Source: Gammaproteobacteria bacterium
Lineage (GTDB): Bacteria; Pseudomonadota; Gammaproteobacteria; Eutrophobiales; Eutrophobiaceae
Reading direction: 5' to 3'
Length of the DNA: 64,000 nucleotides
Assembly: GCA_963422205.2 (NCBI GenBank)
Contig: CAXMWX010000001.1
Location: 288,001-352,000, forward strand
Below the pieces are notes generated by a model, which was not told the DNA's origin, searched no databases, and worked only from the letters and a program-made list of their open reading frames with translations. How positions within the stretch are numbered: position 1 is the stretch's first letter; the number at the start of each line of letters is the position of its first letter. A program made the translations under genes and the position numbers. This document shows positions 1 through 9,387 of this stretch, in pieces.

Positions 1-216
1 GGCTTTTGCCAGCGCTTCTGTCAACAGGCCACCGCCACAACCGACATCCAGTACGCATCGATCACGCACAGGAAAGCGTGCTGTGATGTACTTCGTCCGT
101 ACCGGGTTGATGCTGTGCAGGGTCTTGACATCACCGGTTGAATCCCACCAGTCCTGCGCCAGCCGGGTGAATTTTTCGACTTCATTTGCGTCCTGATTGT
201 CAGATTCAATACCCAC
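1..216 (-). CDS. ubiG: Ubiquinone biosynthesis O-methyltransferase, N-terminal part (runs off the window edge)
   Basis: Not in the ORF track. Manual translation from GTG at 216 gives MGIESDNQDANEVEKFTRLAQDWWDSTGDVKTLHSINPVR...VLDVGCGGGLLTEALAKA, with the UbiG N-terminus and SAM-binding motif. Confidence 0.9.
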   Translation of the reverse strand, partial: MGIESDNQDANEVEKFTRLAQDWWDSTGDVKTLHSINPVRTKYITARFPVRDRCVLDVGCGGGLLTEALAKA

Positions 217-321
217 GATCTCACAGCTTAACAGACTCATTGCCCGAATGTGGCTGGTGAACCGGGGAAATTAACGGGCTGCCTGTTTAACGCACAAGCC
301 ATGCTCAGATGAGGCCGTTAA

Positions 322-1167
322 TTAATTCGGCCTGATACGATTGTCATTGATGCCAATTTGTCCGGCAAAATCCACCAGAATTTTTTGCTTGGCGCTGGCC
401 GCTTCGGCATCAATGACGGACATGGCCTGCTCTTCCAGCAGGCGCTTGTACACCGCATTAACTAACTGACTGTACTCTCCTGAGCCGATGACCGAGGTGC
501 GATCCTCCTCTTCCAGGCTGCGCCATTGCAGCACGAAGGCATCCAGTTGTTGCTCTGACCAGTTTTTCTCTGCAAGGAAGTTATCAATCAGCTGTGAGGC
601 AGCGGCAGTGATACGGCTGGCAGGCAGGGCATCTCCATCGTCTGTGGGGGTGGCATCGGCAGTTTGCTCTTCAACAGCCGGTTTGGTTGCCTGTATCTTA
701 GGGTCGGCGGTTATGGTGGTTTGCTCATCGTTTGCCGGGCGGTCAGCCTGCTCTTCACCGCCCGTGTATACGTACAGTATAACAACGGCAATGACTGCCA
801 GGGCGATGCCACCGATCAGGCGATATGGCAGCCGTTGGTTTTCGCTGCTGATTTCTGGTTGTTCGGTGTAGAGATCGCCGTAGTCGCTGTCACTGTCCTC
901 ATCATCAAACGTGTCTGCGTCAGCCGAGGCCGCATATCCCATTTGTGTGATGGCAGCGGCTTGCTCAAGATCGGCGTTCTCTTTGGTAATGTCTTCGCCT
1001 GGATCGGCCGGGATGACCGGTGGCGGAAAGTCCAATTCCTCGACAGCCGCTTTACCGAGAATGACAGCATCCAGCAGTTCAGCCCTGGCGGTGCGGTATT
1101 TTTCCTTATCTATCTCGCCCTCTGCATAAGACTTGGCGAGTTTATTCAATGTGATTGCGGCTGTCAT
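322..1167 (-). CDS. Hypothetical single-pass membrane protein (SHOCT-like N-terminus, acidic linker)
   Basis: 281 aa ORF co-oriented directly after the kinase. One hydrophobic helix (LIGGIALAVIAVVILYVY). N-terminus LAKSYAEGEIDKEKYRTARAELL resembles a SHOCT motif. Confidence 0.7.
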   Translation of the reverse strand: MTAAITLNKLAKSYAEGEIDKEKYRTARAELLDAVILGKAAVEELDFPPPVIPADPGEDITKENADLEQAAAITQMGYAASADADTFDDEDSDSDYGDLYTEQPEISSENQRLPYRLIGGIALAVIAVVILYVYTGGEEQADRPANDEQTTITADPKIQATKPAVEEQTADATPTDDGDALPASRITAAASQLIDNFLAEKNWSEQQLDAFVLQWRSLEEEDRTSVIGSGEYSQLVNAVYKRLLEEQAMSVIDAEAASAKQKILVDFAGQIGINDNRIRPN

Positions 1168-1187
1168 GGTTATCCTGTTTATCTTAA

Positions 1188-4100
1188 CTAGGCTGCATCG
1201 ACTTCTTCAAGCACCAGCCTGAAGCCGGTGGTCTCATCACCCCCGCCGTTGTGAGGACGTTGCAGACTGATGTCACATTTGGAGTGGGCATCTGACCAGG
1301 ACCCCCCGGCGGCCAGTGTGCCATCACCCGCCATGATCCATTCCTGCACATTACCGATGTAGTTTTTCAGTCCCCAGCCGTTGGCTTTACCGGACTTGAT
1401 GCTGACGATACCGTTACCCTTGAGCACCTTATCCCCCAGCACCACCCGACAATTCACGTCTTTGCGCGGCTGTTTACCGGCGGCCGTGGCGGCATATTCC
1501 CACTCGGCCTGTGTCGGCAGGCGATAGGTCTTGCCGGTTCTCTCTGAAAGCCATTCGGCATATTTTTGTGCATCAGCCAGCGAGATGCCCGTCATCGGAT
1601 CATTAAATCTGCTCTTCTCTGTGATCGGCTTGCAATAGCCCGTCAAGGCACAGTATTTGCTGTAATCGGCAACCGATATTTCATACTTGCCAATGGCAAA
1701 CAGATCACCGAAGCCCTCGCCTGTTGGCACGACCACCATGAGCGGGCCACGCCAGCCGGTATTGACCAGATCAAAACAGACAGCACGGGCACGGACACCG
1801 TAGCCTGCCAGATTGGAGGCACACTCCCGGCCGCTGGACACCGGCTTCCAGTCTGCCTGGGCTTTGAGCAGGGCCTGTTCGCTTGAGGCGGCGATATTCA
1901 CCTGTTCACGCAGCATCACCTTGCGGGCCGGGTTATCTGGGGCGGCGGCGATGAGGTTGTTGATATCCTCTTCGGCCGTGTCAAATTCCGGATTGTCTAC
2001 CCACTGTGCCTGTGCCCGGGAGAGTAATTTTTTTGTCTGCCTTAACTTATTATAATCATCGCCGGAGGCGGTCTTGGCGGCCAGATATTTCTCGTAACTT
2101 GCATTCGCCAGGGCGGTGTTTTTCTGTATGTCTCGAAGCAGCCCGGCGACCTGTGGATGCGTGGCGAAATCGGTATTCGCCGCCTCATCCAGCAAGGCCC
2201 TGGCACGGTTAAGCTCGCCTGCGGCGATGGCGGCCTCGGTCTCACCAACGCCCGGCCAGGGTTCGAGTATGTTCTCTCTGGCAAGGTCCGCCAGGATGCT
2301 GCTGGCCGGGAACATGCGGCTGGATGCGGCGGCCAGGGCGGCGGCGGTGTTTTGATCTGAGCCTTTCAGCGCATTGATGCGCTCGGCCAACCGGTCTTCA
2401 GATTGGTTGCGGAATTCCGTATAGCGCTGTGGATCACCCCGGGAGATTTCGCTGACCTTGCGGGCTATATCAATGATCTCATCTTCGGTGAATACGCTGG
2501 CATTTTTGAACACCTCACCCAGCTCGGCGATGTTCACCTCCACCCGATATTCTTCCTGCAATGCAAGCAATATCGGATTACGTGCCGATAAGGCCAGACC
2601 TGCCTGCACCAGTTTATAGGCGTTCTCGGTATCGCCACTGTTGCTGCGGCTTTGTGCCAGCCGGGCATAGCTTTCCGCCAGCGCATTCGGCGCCGTCTTG
2701 GTGAGATACACATCATCGGCGGGCAACTCGGCCTTCAGTTTTTCAAAGATTGCATTTGCCTCGGCTATCTTGTCGGCATCGGCGACCACCACAAACTGCT
2801 CTTTCAGATCTTTAACCCGCAGTTGTTTCTCAAATTCTTTTTTCGCTTGAGTCACGCTGTTTCGGGTTGTGTTGATCAGGGCGGACCCAGGGGCGAAGCG
2901 CTCGGCACGATCGATATAGTTTGCTGCCGCATCAAAGCGGTTGGCGCTGACCACATCATTGGCGCGGTCGACATAGATCTGGGTGATCGTTGCACGCAAA
3001 TCTGCAAGCTCATCAGCAATGCTGGCATCTTCCTGTTTCAAGCCGTCCAGTTCACGTATGCTGGCCAGCAGGGTGGATTCCCACTGGCTGTCGTTCAGAT
3101 CGACCGTGGCGAGTTGCTCGGTAATCGCCGCCCTGTTGGCATCGGCGATCTCGGCCACCGCTGCCGCCCGTTGCTCGCCCGCCAGATGGGCGAGCTTGAG
3201 TTGGGTCAATTCCTGGCTGAGTTGCAGTGCATTGAGTAATTCGCCATATTGCCCGGCTGATGCTTCGGCGGCTTCCCTGGTGCTGTTCAAGACGGTTTCA
3301 AGCTCGCCATTAATCGCTGTTTGCATGGCCTTTGCCAGGGTGGTTAGCACCGGGGTTTGTGCAGGTGTGCTAAGTTGCGCCAGTTTTTTAATGTCGGCTT
3401 CATTGGCCTTGAACTCTGCCAGGTTAGTGATCTCGGCGGCGCTGAGCCGGGTGTTGAGTTCGGCGACGGTAATAGCTGTTTGAATCTTGCTTTCCAGGTC
3501 AGTCAGGCGCACATCATCTGGTGCTGTTTTCAGGCCATTGCCGACCAGCACCAGCGCCTGTTCCAGTTTGTTATCGTTGAATGCCTGCTCGGCGGCCAGC
3601 CGGTAGGCGTTGGCCGGGCGCGGATCATCGAGCAGCGGATGTTGCGGGTCAATGCGCGTACGTAACAGGGCCAGGATGTCATTCGTGGCATTGATGATAT
3701 TGGGATCCTCCACCGCTGCCGATGGATCCAGGGCGGCGATGTATTGTTGATAGAGATCGGATTCAATCGACTTTCTGTTCTCGGCAATGCTGGCCTGCTG
3801 TTCGAGATAAAAAGTCGTCTCCGGGTAGAATTCGCCCACGCTTTGCAGCGTCTTGTTGGCCCTGGGAAAATTGTATTTGTCTGTGCTGATGTCGATCTGC
3901 CGGGCGATTTCCCGGGCAAAATATTTTTGGATCATATCTTTGCTTTCATCAAGGATCCGGGCCTGGTCGGTTTTGTCCAACGCATCCAACTCAGCCAGGG
4001 TCTCTTCAATCACCAGCCGGTCGCCGCTGTTGGTATCGGCAATCATATTGTCGATCTTCCGTGTATGCAGGTAATCCAGCGCCGGGTTGATCAGGATGAT

Positions 4101-5639
4101 ACCGATCAGTGCCAGGATAGCGGCGGCGATAGTCAGCGGATTTTTATGCCAGGTGGGTCTGCCTTTGAATTCTTCCAGGAAGTGATCAACGGTGGGGCTG
4201 CGCTCCTCGCGCTTGAACGCCAGCGCATGACGGAGGGCGCGGTTTGATTTCTTGTTCAGACCTTTAATCGGCGCCGGAATCAGGCCGTTCTCCCGCGCCG
4301 TGGTGGCAGGCAGCTTGTCAAACGGGTGTTTGCCGGTCAATAACTCATAGGCCACACACCCCAGGGCGTAGGTGTCATCGCGGGTGTCCGGCTCTTCGCC
4401 TTCGAGCATCTCCAGGCTGGCATACGCTGGCGTCAGTGCGCCCAGCTTGCCCGGGTCAAACAGGGTCTTGTCTGCCTCGCCGGTGACCGGGTTTTTCACT
4501 GCCCTGGCGATGCCGAAGTCGAGCGTCTTGACCGTGCCATCGTTACACAGAAAGGCGTTACCGGGTTTAAAGTCAGAATGCACCAGGCGCCTTGCATGGG
4601 CATAGGATAATGCCGAGCCAAGCTGCTCAACAACGCCATACGCCTCATCAAATGGCAGACCGCCTTGTTTGCGTACCGTTTTTTTGATGTAGGTGTTCAG
4701 CGGCGAGCCTTCCATTAATTCCATGGTGATGTAGACCGGTGTCCCCTTGCCGCCTACGCGGTCAAAGTCATACACGGTGGCAATATTCGGGTGTGCAAGT
4801 TTTTGCTGACGGGATGATTCACGTTGCAGTGAAATGAAGGCTTCGGGGTGTGACTTGAAGTCATCGTTCAGCAGTTTGATCGCCACATAGGGATTTTTGT
4901 CGCGCGCCTCTTCTTTTAACAGATCAATCCCCCGATACACCTTGCCCATGCCGCCCACACCCAGCACGTCCAGCAATTTAAAGCGGTACTTGATGACATC
5001 GCCCGGGCCGAACTCTTTGCCGGGCACATATTCCTCGTCCTGGAACTCCTGCCCGCCTGCACCATCAAGGCCGCTGCCGGAAGTGCTGGACAGCTCGCCT
5101 GTCATCAGATCGAAATCAACGCCGGTATCTGTGTCCTGTCCAGTCTCCAGGTGTGTGCGGACGGTGATCTCCTCGGATGCGTCCATATCTGTGCGGACGG
5201 TGATGTCTTCGGTCTCCTCCAGGCGGGTTCTAACCGTGATGTCCTCGGAGGCATCCAGGTCGGTTCGGACGGTGATATCCTCTGAGTCCGCATCATAATT
5301 CTGGAGTGTTTTATCATCATCCTCAGGGGCATCTCCGGCGCTGTCTGCGGGACTGACATCATCCGGGTCGAGCACGGTTGCCTCATCCGGGTCAAGCACG
5401 GTTGCCTCTGCCGGGCCGTGAACGGCATCGTTAATCTGGCGTTTCAGCTCGAGGTAGCAGGACTCTTCAATGCCGCCTGCCACCTGCACTTCATCCAGTT
5501 GAGAGAGCATGCCTTCGGCATAGCGTATATCGGCATTCAGCAGCTTGTCGATCTGCTCGCTTAGAACGTCCAGCTTCAGCTTGCCGGTACCCAGCGCTTT
5601 AAGGGCGGTTTTAAAGTCAGCCACGGTTACACCTCGCAA
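1188..5639 (-). CDS. Membrane-anchored Hanks-type Ser/Thr kinase with long helical periplasmic region and C-terminal FGE/SUMF1-like domain (PpkA-like)
   Basis: Kinase motifs GVGGMGKVY, VAIK, HSDFKPGN, DFGIA and TPAYAS. TM helix LTIAAAILALIGIILI. FGE-family motifs RLPTQAEWEYAA, NGWGL..GNVQEW and TGFR. The true start may be a few codons downstream. Confidence 0.9.
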   Translation of the reverse strand: MRGVTVADFKTALKALGTGKLKLDVLSEQIDKLLNADIRYAEGMLSQLDEVQVAGGIEESCYLELKRQINDAVHGPAEATVLDPDEATVLDPDDVSPADSAGDAPEDDDKTLQNYDADSEDITVRTDLDASEDITVRTRLEETEDITVRTDMDASEEITVRTHLETGQDTDTGVDFDLMTGELSSTSGSGLDGAGGQEFQDEEYVPGKEFGPGDVIKYRFKLLDVLGVGGMGKVYRGIDLLKEEARDKNPYVAIKLLNDDFKSHPEAFISLQRESSRQQKLAHPNIATVYDFDRVGGKGTPVYITMELMEGSPLNTYIKKTVRKQGGLPFDEAYGVVEQLGSALSYAHARRLVHSDFKPGNAFLCNDGTVKTLDFGIARAVKNPVTGEADKTLFDPGKLGALTPAYASLEMLEGEEPDTRDDTYALGCVAYELLTGKHPFDKLPATTARENGLIPAPIKGLNKKSNRALRHALAFKREERSPTVDHFLEEFKGRPTWHKNPLTIAAAILALIGIILINPALDYLHTRKIDNMIADTNSGDRLVIEETLAELDALDKTDQARILDESKDMIQKYFAREIARQIDISTDKYNFPRANKTLQSVGEFYPETTFYLEQQASIAENRKSIESDLYQQYIAALDPSAAVEDPNIINATNDILALLRTRIDPQHPLLDDPRPANAYRLAAEQAFNDNKLEQALVLVGNGLKTAPDDVRLTDLESKIQTAITVAELNTRLSAAEITNLAEFKANEADIKKLAQLSTPAQTPVLTTLAKAMQTAINGELETVLNSTREAAEASAGQYGELLNALQLSQELTQLKLAHLAGEQRAAAVAEIADANRAAITEQLATVDLNDSQWESTLLASIRELDGLKQEDASIADELADLRATITQIYVDRANDVVSANRFDAAANYIDRAERFAPGSALINTTRNSVTQAKKEFEKQLRVKDLKEQFVVVADADKIAEANAIFEKLKAELPADDVYLTKTAPNALAESYARLAQSRSNSGDTENAYKLVQAGLALSARNPILLALQEEYRVEVNIAELGEVFKNASVFTEDEIIDIARKVSEISRGDPQRYTEFRNQSEDRLAERINALKGSDQNTAAALAAASSRMFPASSILADLARENILEPWPGVGETEAAIAAGELNRARALLDEAANTDFATHPQVAGLLRDIQKNTALANASYEKYLAAKTASGDDYNKLRQTKKLLSRAQAQWVDNPEFDTAEEDINNLIAAAPDNPARKVMLREQVNIAASSEQALLKAQADWKPVSSGRECASNLAGYGVRARAVCFDLVNTGWRGPLMVVVPTGEGFGDLFAIGKYEISVADYSKYCALTGYCKPITEKSRFNDPMTGISLADAQKYAEWLSERTGKTYRLPTQAEWEYAATAAGKQPRKDVNCRVVLGDKVLKGNGIVSIKSGKANGWGLKNYIGNVQEWIMAGDGTLAAGGSWSDAHSKCDISLQRPHNGGGDETTGFRLVLEEVDAA
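5139..5282 (-). repeat. Intragenic tandem repeat, 4 x 36 bp, encoding E[DE]ITVRTxxxxx
   Basis: Units are EDITVRTDLDAS, EDITVRTRLEET, EDITVRTDMDAS and EEITVRTHLETG, alternating in pairs. Confidence 0.9.
5361..5408 (-). repeat. Intragenic tandem repeat, 2 x 24 bp, encoding EATVLDPD
   Basis: GAGGCAACCGTGCTYGACCCGGAT occurs twice on the minus strand with one mismatch. Confidence 0.9.
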
Positions 5640-5654
5640 AAATATCTGATTGCT

Positions 5655-6401
5655 TTATTTAATATCAACGATGATAGCCGTCACGTTGTCACCCGCACCC
5701 CGCTCCAGGGTGGTGTCAATCAGTTGGCGACAACAGGTCTCAGCATTGCCTTCTTTCATAAAGGCTTCGATTTCAAGGTCCAGGATATGTTTGGTCAGCC
5801 CATCACTACAGAGCAGGTATCGGTCGCTTTTGTGTATCTCCTGAATACCTATGTCCAGATACAGATCGTCTGTTGCCCCTACCGCACGGGTGATCATGTT
5901 GCCATGGGGGTGGGTTGCGGCCTCCTCACGGGTGATCAGCCCTTGCTCTATGTACACTTCAACCTGTGAATGGTCGGTGGTAATCTGCCGAATCTGTTTA
6001 TTACGTAACCGGTATAATCTGCTGTCGCCCGCCCAGAGGTAAATGCAGTATTTTTTATAGGCAATCATGCTGACAATGGTGCTGCCTATGGTGGTTCGTT
6101 TTTTTGCCTCTTTCGCCTGTTGGAGTAATTTTTTGTTTACCTCGGTTATCGAATCTTCTATCGCATCAATAAAGTGCGACAGGCGGGTGCCTTCCTTGAC
6201 TTGCTGCAATGTAGAGACGATCATCTGGCTTGCCACATCGCCTTTCGCATGACCGCCCATGCCATCGGCAACCACCCACAGACCGGCCGCAGAGCGCTCC
6301 AGCATGGAATCCTCGTTATGCTTGCGTACCTTGCCGGTGTCGGTTATGCCGAAGGATGACCAGCGCAGCTTGTTGTTTGTGTCAGAGGTGGTCGCAGACA
6401 T
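5655..6401 (-). CDS. PP2C-family Ser/Thr phosphatase (PppA/Stp1-like)
   Basis: Motifs RKHNED, VADGMGGH, GDSRLY, LCSDGL and DNVT. Start moved to ATG 6401 to avoid overlap with the upstream gene. Confidence 0.92.
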   Translation of the reverse strand: MSATTSDTNNKLRWSSFGITDTGKVRKHNEDSMLERSAAGLWVVADGMGGHAKGDVASQMIVSTLQQVKEGTRLSHFIDAIEDSITEVNKKLLQQAKEAKKRTTIGSTIVSMIAYKKYCIYLWAGDSRLYRLRNKQIRQITTDHSQVEVYIEQGLITREEAATHPHGNMITRAVGATDDLYLDIGIQEIHKSDRYLLCSDGLTKHILDLEIEAFMKEGNAETCCRQLIDTTLERGAGDNVTAIIVDIK

Positions 6402-6456
6402 CAGGTTCGTATCCCGGTCAAGTGTGTTACGTGGGTGATCATTATGTGGTTGCTCG

Positions 6457-7365
6457 CTAACTGGTGGCGCGCTTGAATGTGACCACTTCCTCGGGGTGTT
6501 CATCAAACCCGCGCCCCAGGCTTAATCGCCCATCACTATTGATCGGCATCTCTTCACGTCTTAGAAAAGCCTTCTCGGCATTATCAAACAAGACAAACGT
6601 GCCGTTGGTGCTTTGATCGATGATAAAGAACTTGTCTTTCCGCAACTCAAGACGCACATGTTGTCTGGATGCCAGCTTTTCATTCACCAGCAGATCACAG
6701 TTTCGGCTGCGCCCCAGAATGAGGCTGCTTTTTGATTTGTCCAGGGCCATTTCGTTATCGTGGTAACGCAATATCAGGGATAAGTCTTTATCCTCATTGA
6801 CCATACGCCCGCTTGCCATGCGGGTGACATCTTCTTCTTGCCAGATGATCTCGTAGATATCAATTTCTTCTTTCTTGCCCTTGATCGCTGCACGATCGAC
6901 AAAACGGGTGCTGGCCTGTAGCAGCGTCGGCAGCTTGTCTACAGTGATTTTTGAGGTGATGATCTGGCCGCCTTTTGCCTGTGCAGCCATGCGGGCGGCG
7001 ACATTGACCGCATCCCCGAAGACATCATCGGACTCCAAAATAGCAGGCCCGAAGTGCATGCCCACCCGAATCCGCATGGCGATATCCCCATCAACAGAGT
7101 CGCCTTCGGTCACATCCTCATCAATCTCCTCCTGCATGGCGATAGCGGCTTTTGCCGCCGCTTCAGCCGAGGGGAAGGTAGACATGATCTCATCACCGAT
7201 GGTCTTGATGACCTTGCCTTTGTACTCATTGGTGATATTGGTCAGAGTGGCCAGGCATTCGGCCACCTTGACTCGTGCAACGGCATCACCCAGCGTCTCA
7301 AATAGCTGGGTGCTGCCACTCACATCGGCAAATAGAATTGCCAGATTTGCTGTTTTTGGTGCCAT
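6457..7365 (-). CDS. Class III adenylate/guanylate cyclase with C-terminal FHA domain
   Basis: Cyclase motifs FADVSGST, KTIGDEIM and DVFGDAVNVAARM. FHA motifs LGR, SRQH and STNGT. Confidence 0.9.
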   Translation of the reverse strand: MAPKTANLAILFADVSGSTQLFETLGDAVARVKVAECLATLTNITNEYKGKVIKTIGDEIMSTFPSAEAAAKAAIAMQEEIDEDVTEGDSVDGDIAMRIRVGMHFGPAILESDDVFGDAVNVAARMAAQAKGGQIITSKITVDKLPTLLQASTRFVDRAAIKGKKEEIDIYEIIWQEEDVTRMASGRMVNEDKDLSLILRYHDNEMALDKSKSSLILGRSRNCDLLVNEKLASRQHVRLELRKDKFFIIDQSTNGTFVLFDNAEKAFLRREEMPINSDGRLSLGRGFDEHPEEVVTFKRATS

Positions 7366-7785
7366 TCAAACGGTGTCGAGTGCTAATTTGACTTAACGCT
7401 GTGCGATCACTGATATTTTGAAGTTTGTCCGGTATGTTTGCCCAATATATTTTCCCAGTATAATCATTATGTTAGCCCATACAACAGGGATTTGACATTA
7501 CCTTACAGCCACACCGTTTATACGCCTGCCCACCCAGCCGCCGACAGGCCGACCAGGGTATGCTGTTATGAATTTGCTGTCATGCCGTCCAATGCTATCA
7601 TACCTTGCTATTATTAAAGGAAAAAATACGTCACATTCCCCATAAGGTTCGAGCCGGATTTGCCAGCGGCTCAAGCCGGGTTTGAGATCATTCTGCCTTG
7701 CTTGTACCATAAATGCCGCCGGGTCAATGGGCAATCTAATGGCCTGGGGGCTTTTTCAGTGATCAACGAGTTGGGTTAATTAGTC

Positions 7786-8790
7786 ATGAATATCAAATAT
7801 TATCTGGCCGGTGCTGGCATTTTATGTGTGCTGGTGTCAGGTGTGCTTGTCAGCGCAAATGCCTTCTCTATCAAGGAACTGCTTGGTTTTGATGACGATG
7901 AGGCAACGCTCACAGCAGAGAAAGAGGCAAAACAGGCCGAACCGGGCGCTGACTGGGGAGAGCAGCTGGGTGCAGATTCAGCCCCCCTGTCGATTGACAC
8001 CCTCAAGCAGATACTGGCGAACCTCAATCAGGGGCAGCGTACTGTCTTGTTGCAGGATGAGGAACGTTTTAAGCAATTCGTTGGCCAGGAGGCGCGTAAT
8101 AAATCCGTGTTCGCCGCCGCTGTGGCCAATAACCTGCACAAAGATCCCAATGCGGTTTTTCTCATGCAGCGTGGTGCTGAAACCGTGTTGCGGGAGGCCT
8201 ACCTAAACCACTTGTTGAACAGCAAAATCCCGAACGACTTTCCCTCGGATGAGCAGGTCAGGGAGTATTATGAAAAGAACAAGGATCAGTTTGTGATCGG
8301 TGAACGAGTCCACGTCTGGCAGATATTTTTCTCCACCGAGGAGAGAGATGAGAATGAGATCAAGGCGATAAAAAAGAAGGCGGATGATCTGGCAAAGCAG
8401 ATCGCTGCCGGCAAGGTGAATTTTGCGGACGCTGTCAAGACTCATTCGGAACACGAACAAAGCCGCACTAATGCCGGTTATGTGGGCCTGCCCAAGGTGA
8501 CCGAATTGAAACCGGAGGTGCGTGATGTGATCGTGGGTTTGCGGCCCGGCCGGGTGAGCAAGGCGATCGAAAGCGACACCGGCATACATATCTTCAAGCG
8601 GGGCGACAAGGTGGCAGAACAGGATGTGGAACTGGAGCAGATCAGCGGCCAGGTGCGGGATTTGTTGCGTAAACAGGCCACCACACAGCTACTGGATGCC
8701 ATCTTCCAGCAGGCCGAAGAGACCTATCCCGGCGGTATCAGTGATGAGCAGATTGAGCAATGGCGAGTACAACTCAGCCAGGAATCATAG
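7786..8790 (+). CDS. Exported PpiC/parvulin-type peptidyl-prolyl isomerase
   Basis: Signal peptide followed by rotamase-like motifs (YYEKNKDQF, FADAVKTHSEH..S..NAGYVG, VSKAIESDTGIHIFK). Confidence 0.8.
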   Translation: MNIKYYLAGAGILCVLVSGVLVSANAFSIKELLGFDDDEATLTAEKEAKQAEPGADWGEQLGADSAPLSIDTLKQILANLNQGQRTVLLQDEERFKQFVGQEARNKSVFAAAVANNLHKDPNAVFLMQRGAETVLREAYLNHLLNSKIPNDFPSDEQVREYYEKNKDQFVIGERVHVWQIFFSTEERDENEIKAIKKKADDLAKQIAAGKVNFADAVKTHSEHEQSRTNAGYVGLPKVTELKPEVRDVIVGLRPGRVSKAIESDTGIHIFKRGDKVAEQDVELEQISGQVRDLLRKQATTQLLDAIFQQAEETYPGGISDEQIEQWRVQLSQES

Positions 8791-8834
8791 CCGTGACTCT
8801 CTCCATGGCGGGTAAAATAATTTTATAAATCACT

Positions 8835-8864
8835 TAGTTAAATAATAAATAGTTAAATAATAAA
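8835..8864. repeat. Perfect 15 bp AT-rich tandem duplication
   Basis: TAGTTAAATAATAAA occurs twice in intergenic DNA. Confidence 0.85.
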
Positions 8865-9387
8865 ACCCGGCCGTTATCCTGAACGATGGAGGAATAGAGC
8901 ACGGGTTTGCCTTCATGCACATCAACAGCCGCCTGACCATGCCTGGCGGCTTGTCTTGCTATCGCTGCTACTCTTACTCTTACCCTTACCCTTCTTACCC
9001 TTGGGCCTGCTGCCTCAAGCCTGCCCCCGGACTTGCTGCCCCGGCAGGGCCGGACGGAATTTTTTCCCTGCCACCTGCCCGGCGTTGACAGGTTTCGCTT
9101 GTTCCAGCCAGAGAAAATCAGCCCCTGATCAGGCTGAATTTATTGCGATGCAACAAAAAGACTGCGTACTTTGGTGGATAAAAAAAGTTTTATTTTTCAT
9201 GATCTAACGTGTTTTTTTTATTGCAGCGTATGCAGATTATTGCTTTACCTGATCAACTGCCTTCTGCTATAGTCAAACGTTGCCAGTGGTGTGTGTACAG
9301 CTTGCTTGATTAAAGACTGCTTACACTTGGAATTTTACATGACATAATAAGTTGTAAGTATTTAAAATATAAAGCAAAAAAACTAAC

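Noticed and set aside
21-224. 67 aa ORF-track entry
   Set aside because: Wrong frame. The real gene is ubiG in another minus-strand frame, running off the window.
1188-7365. Calling this locus a type VI secretion system
   Set aside because: No tss structural genes, Hcp or VgrG in the window.
8826-8864. Possible IHF site with a 15 bp duplication
   Set aside because: Imperfect match to the consensus in AT-rich DNA. Kept only as a repeat.
8956-9207. 83 aa Leu/Pro-rich ORF and CTTACC-like low-complexity run
   Set aside because: No recognisable motifs or ribosome-binding site. Probably intergenic low-complexity DNA.
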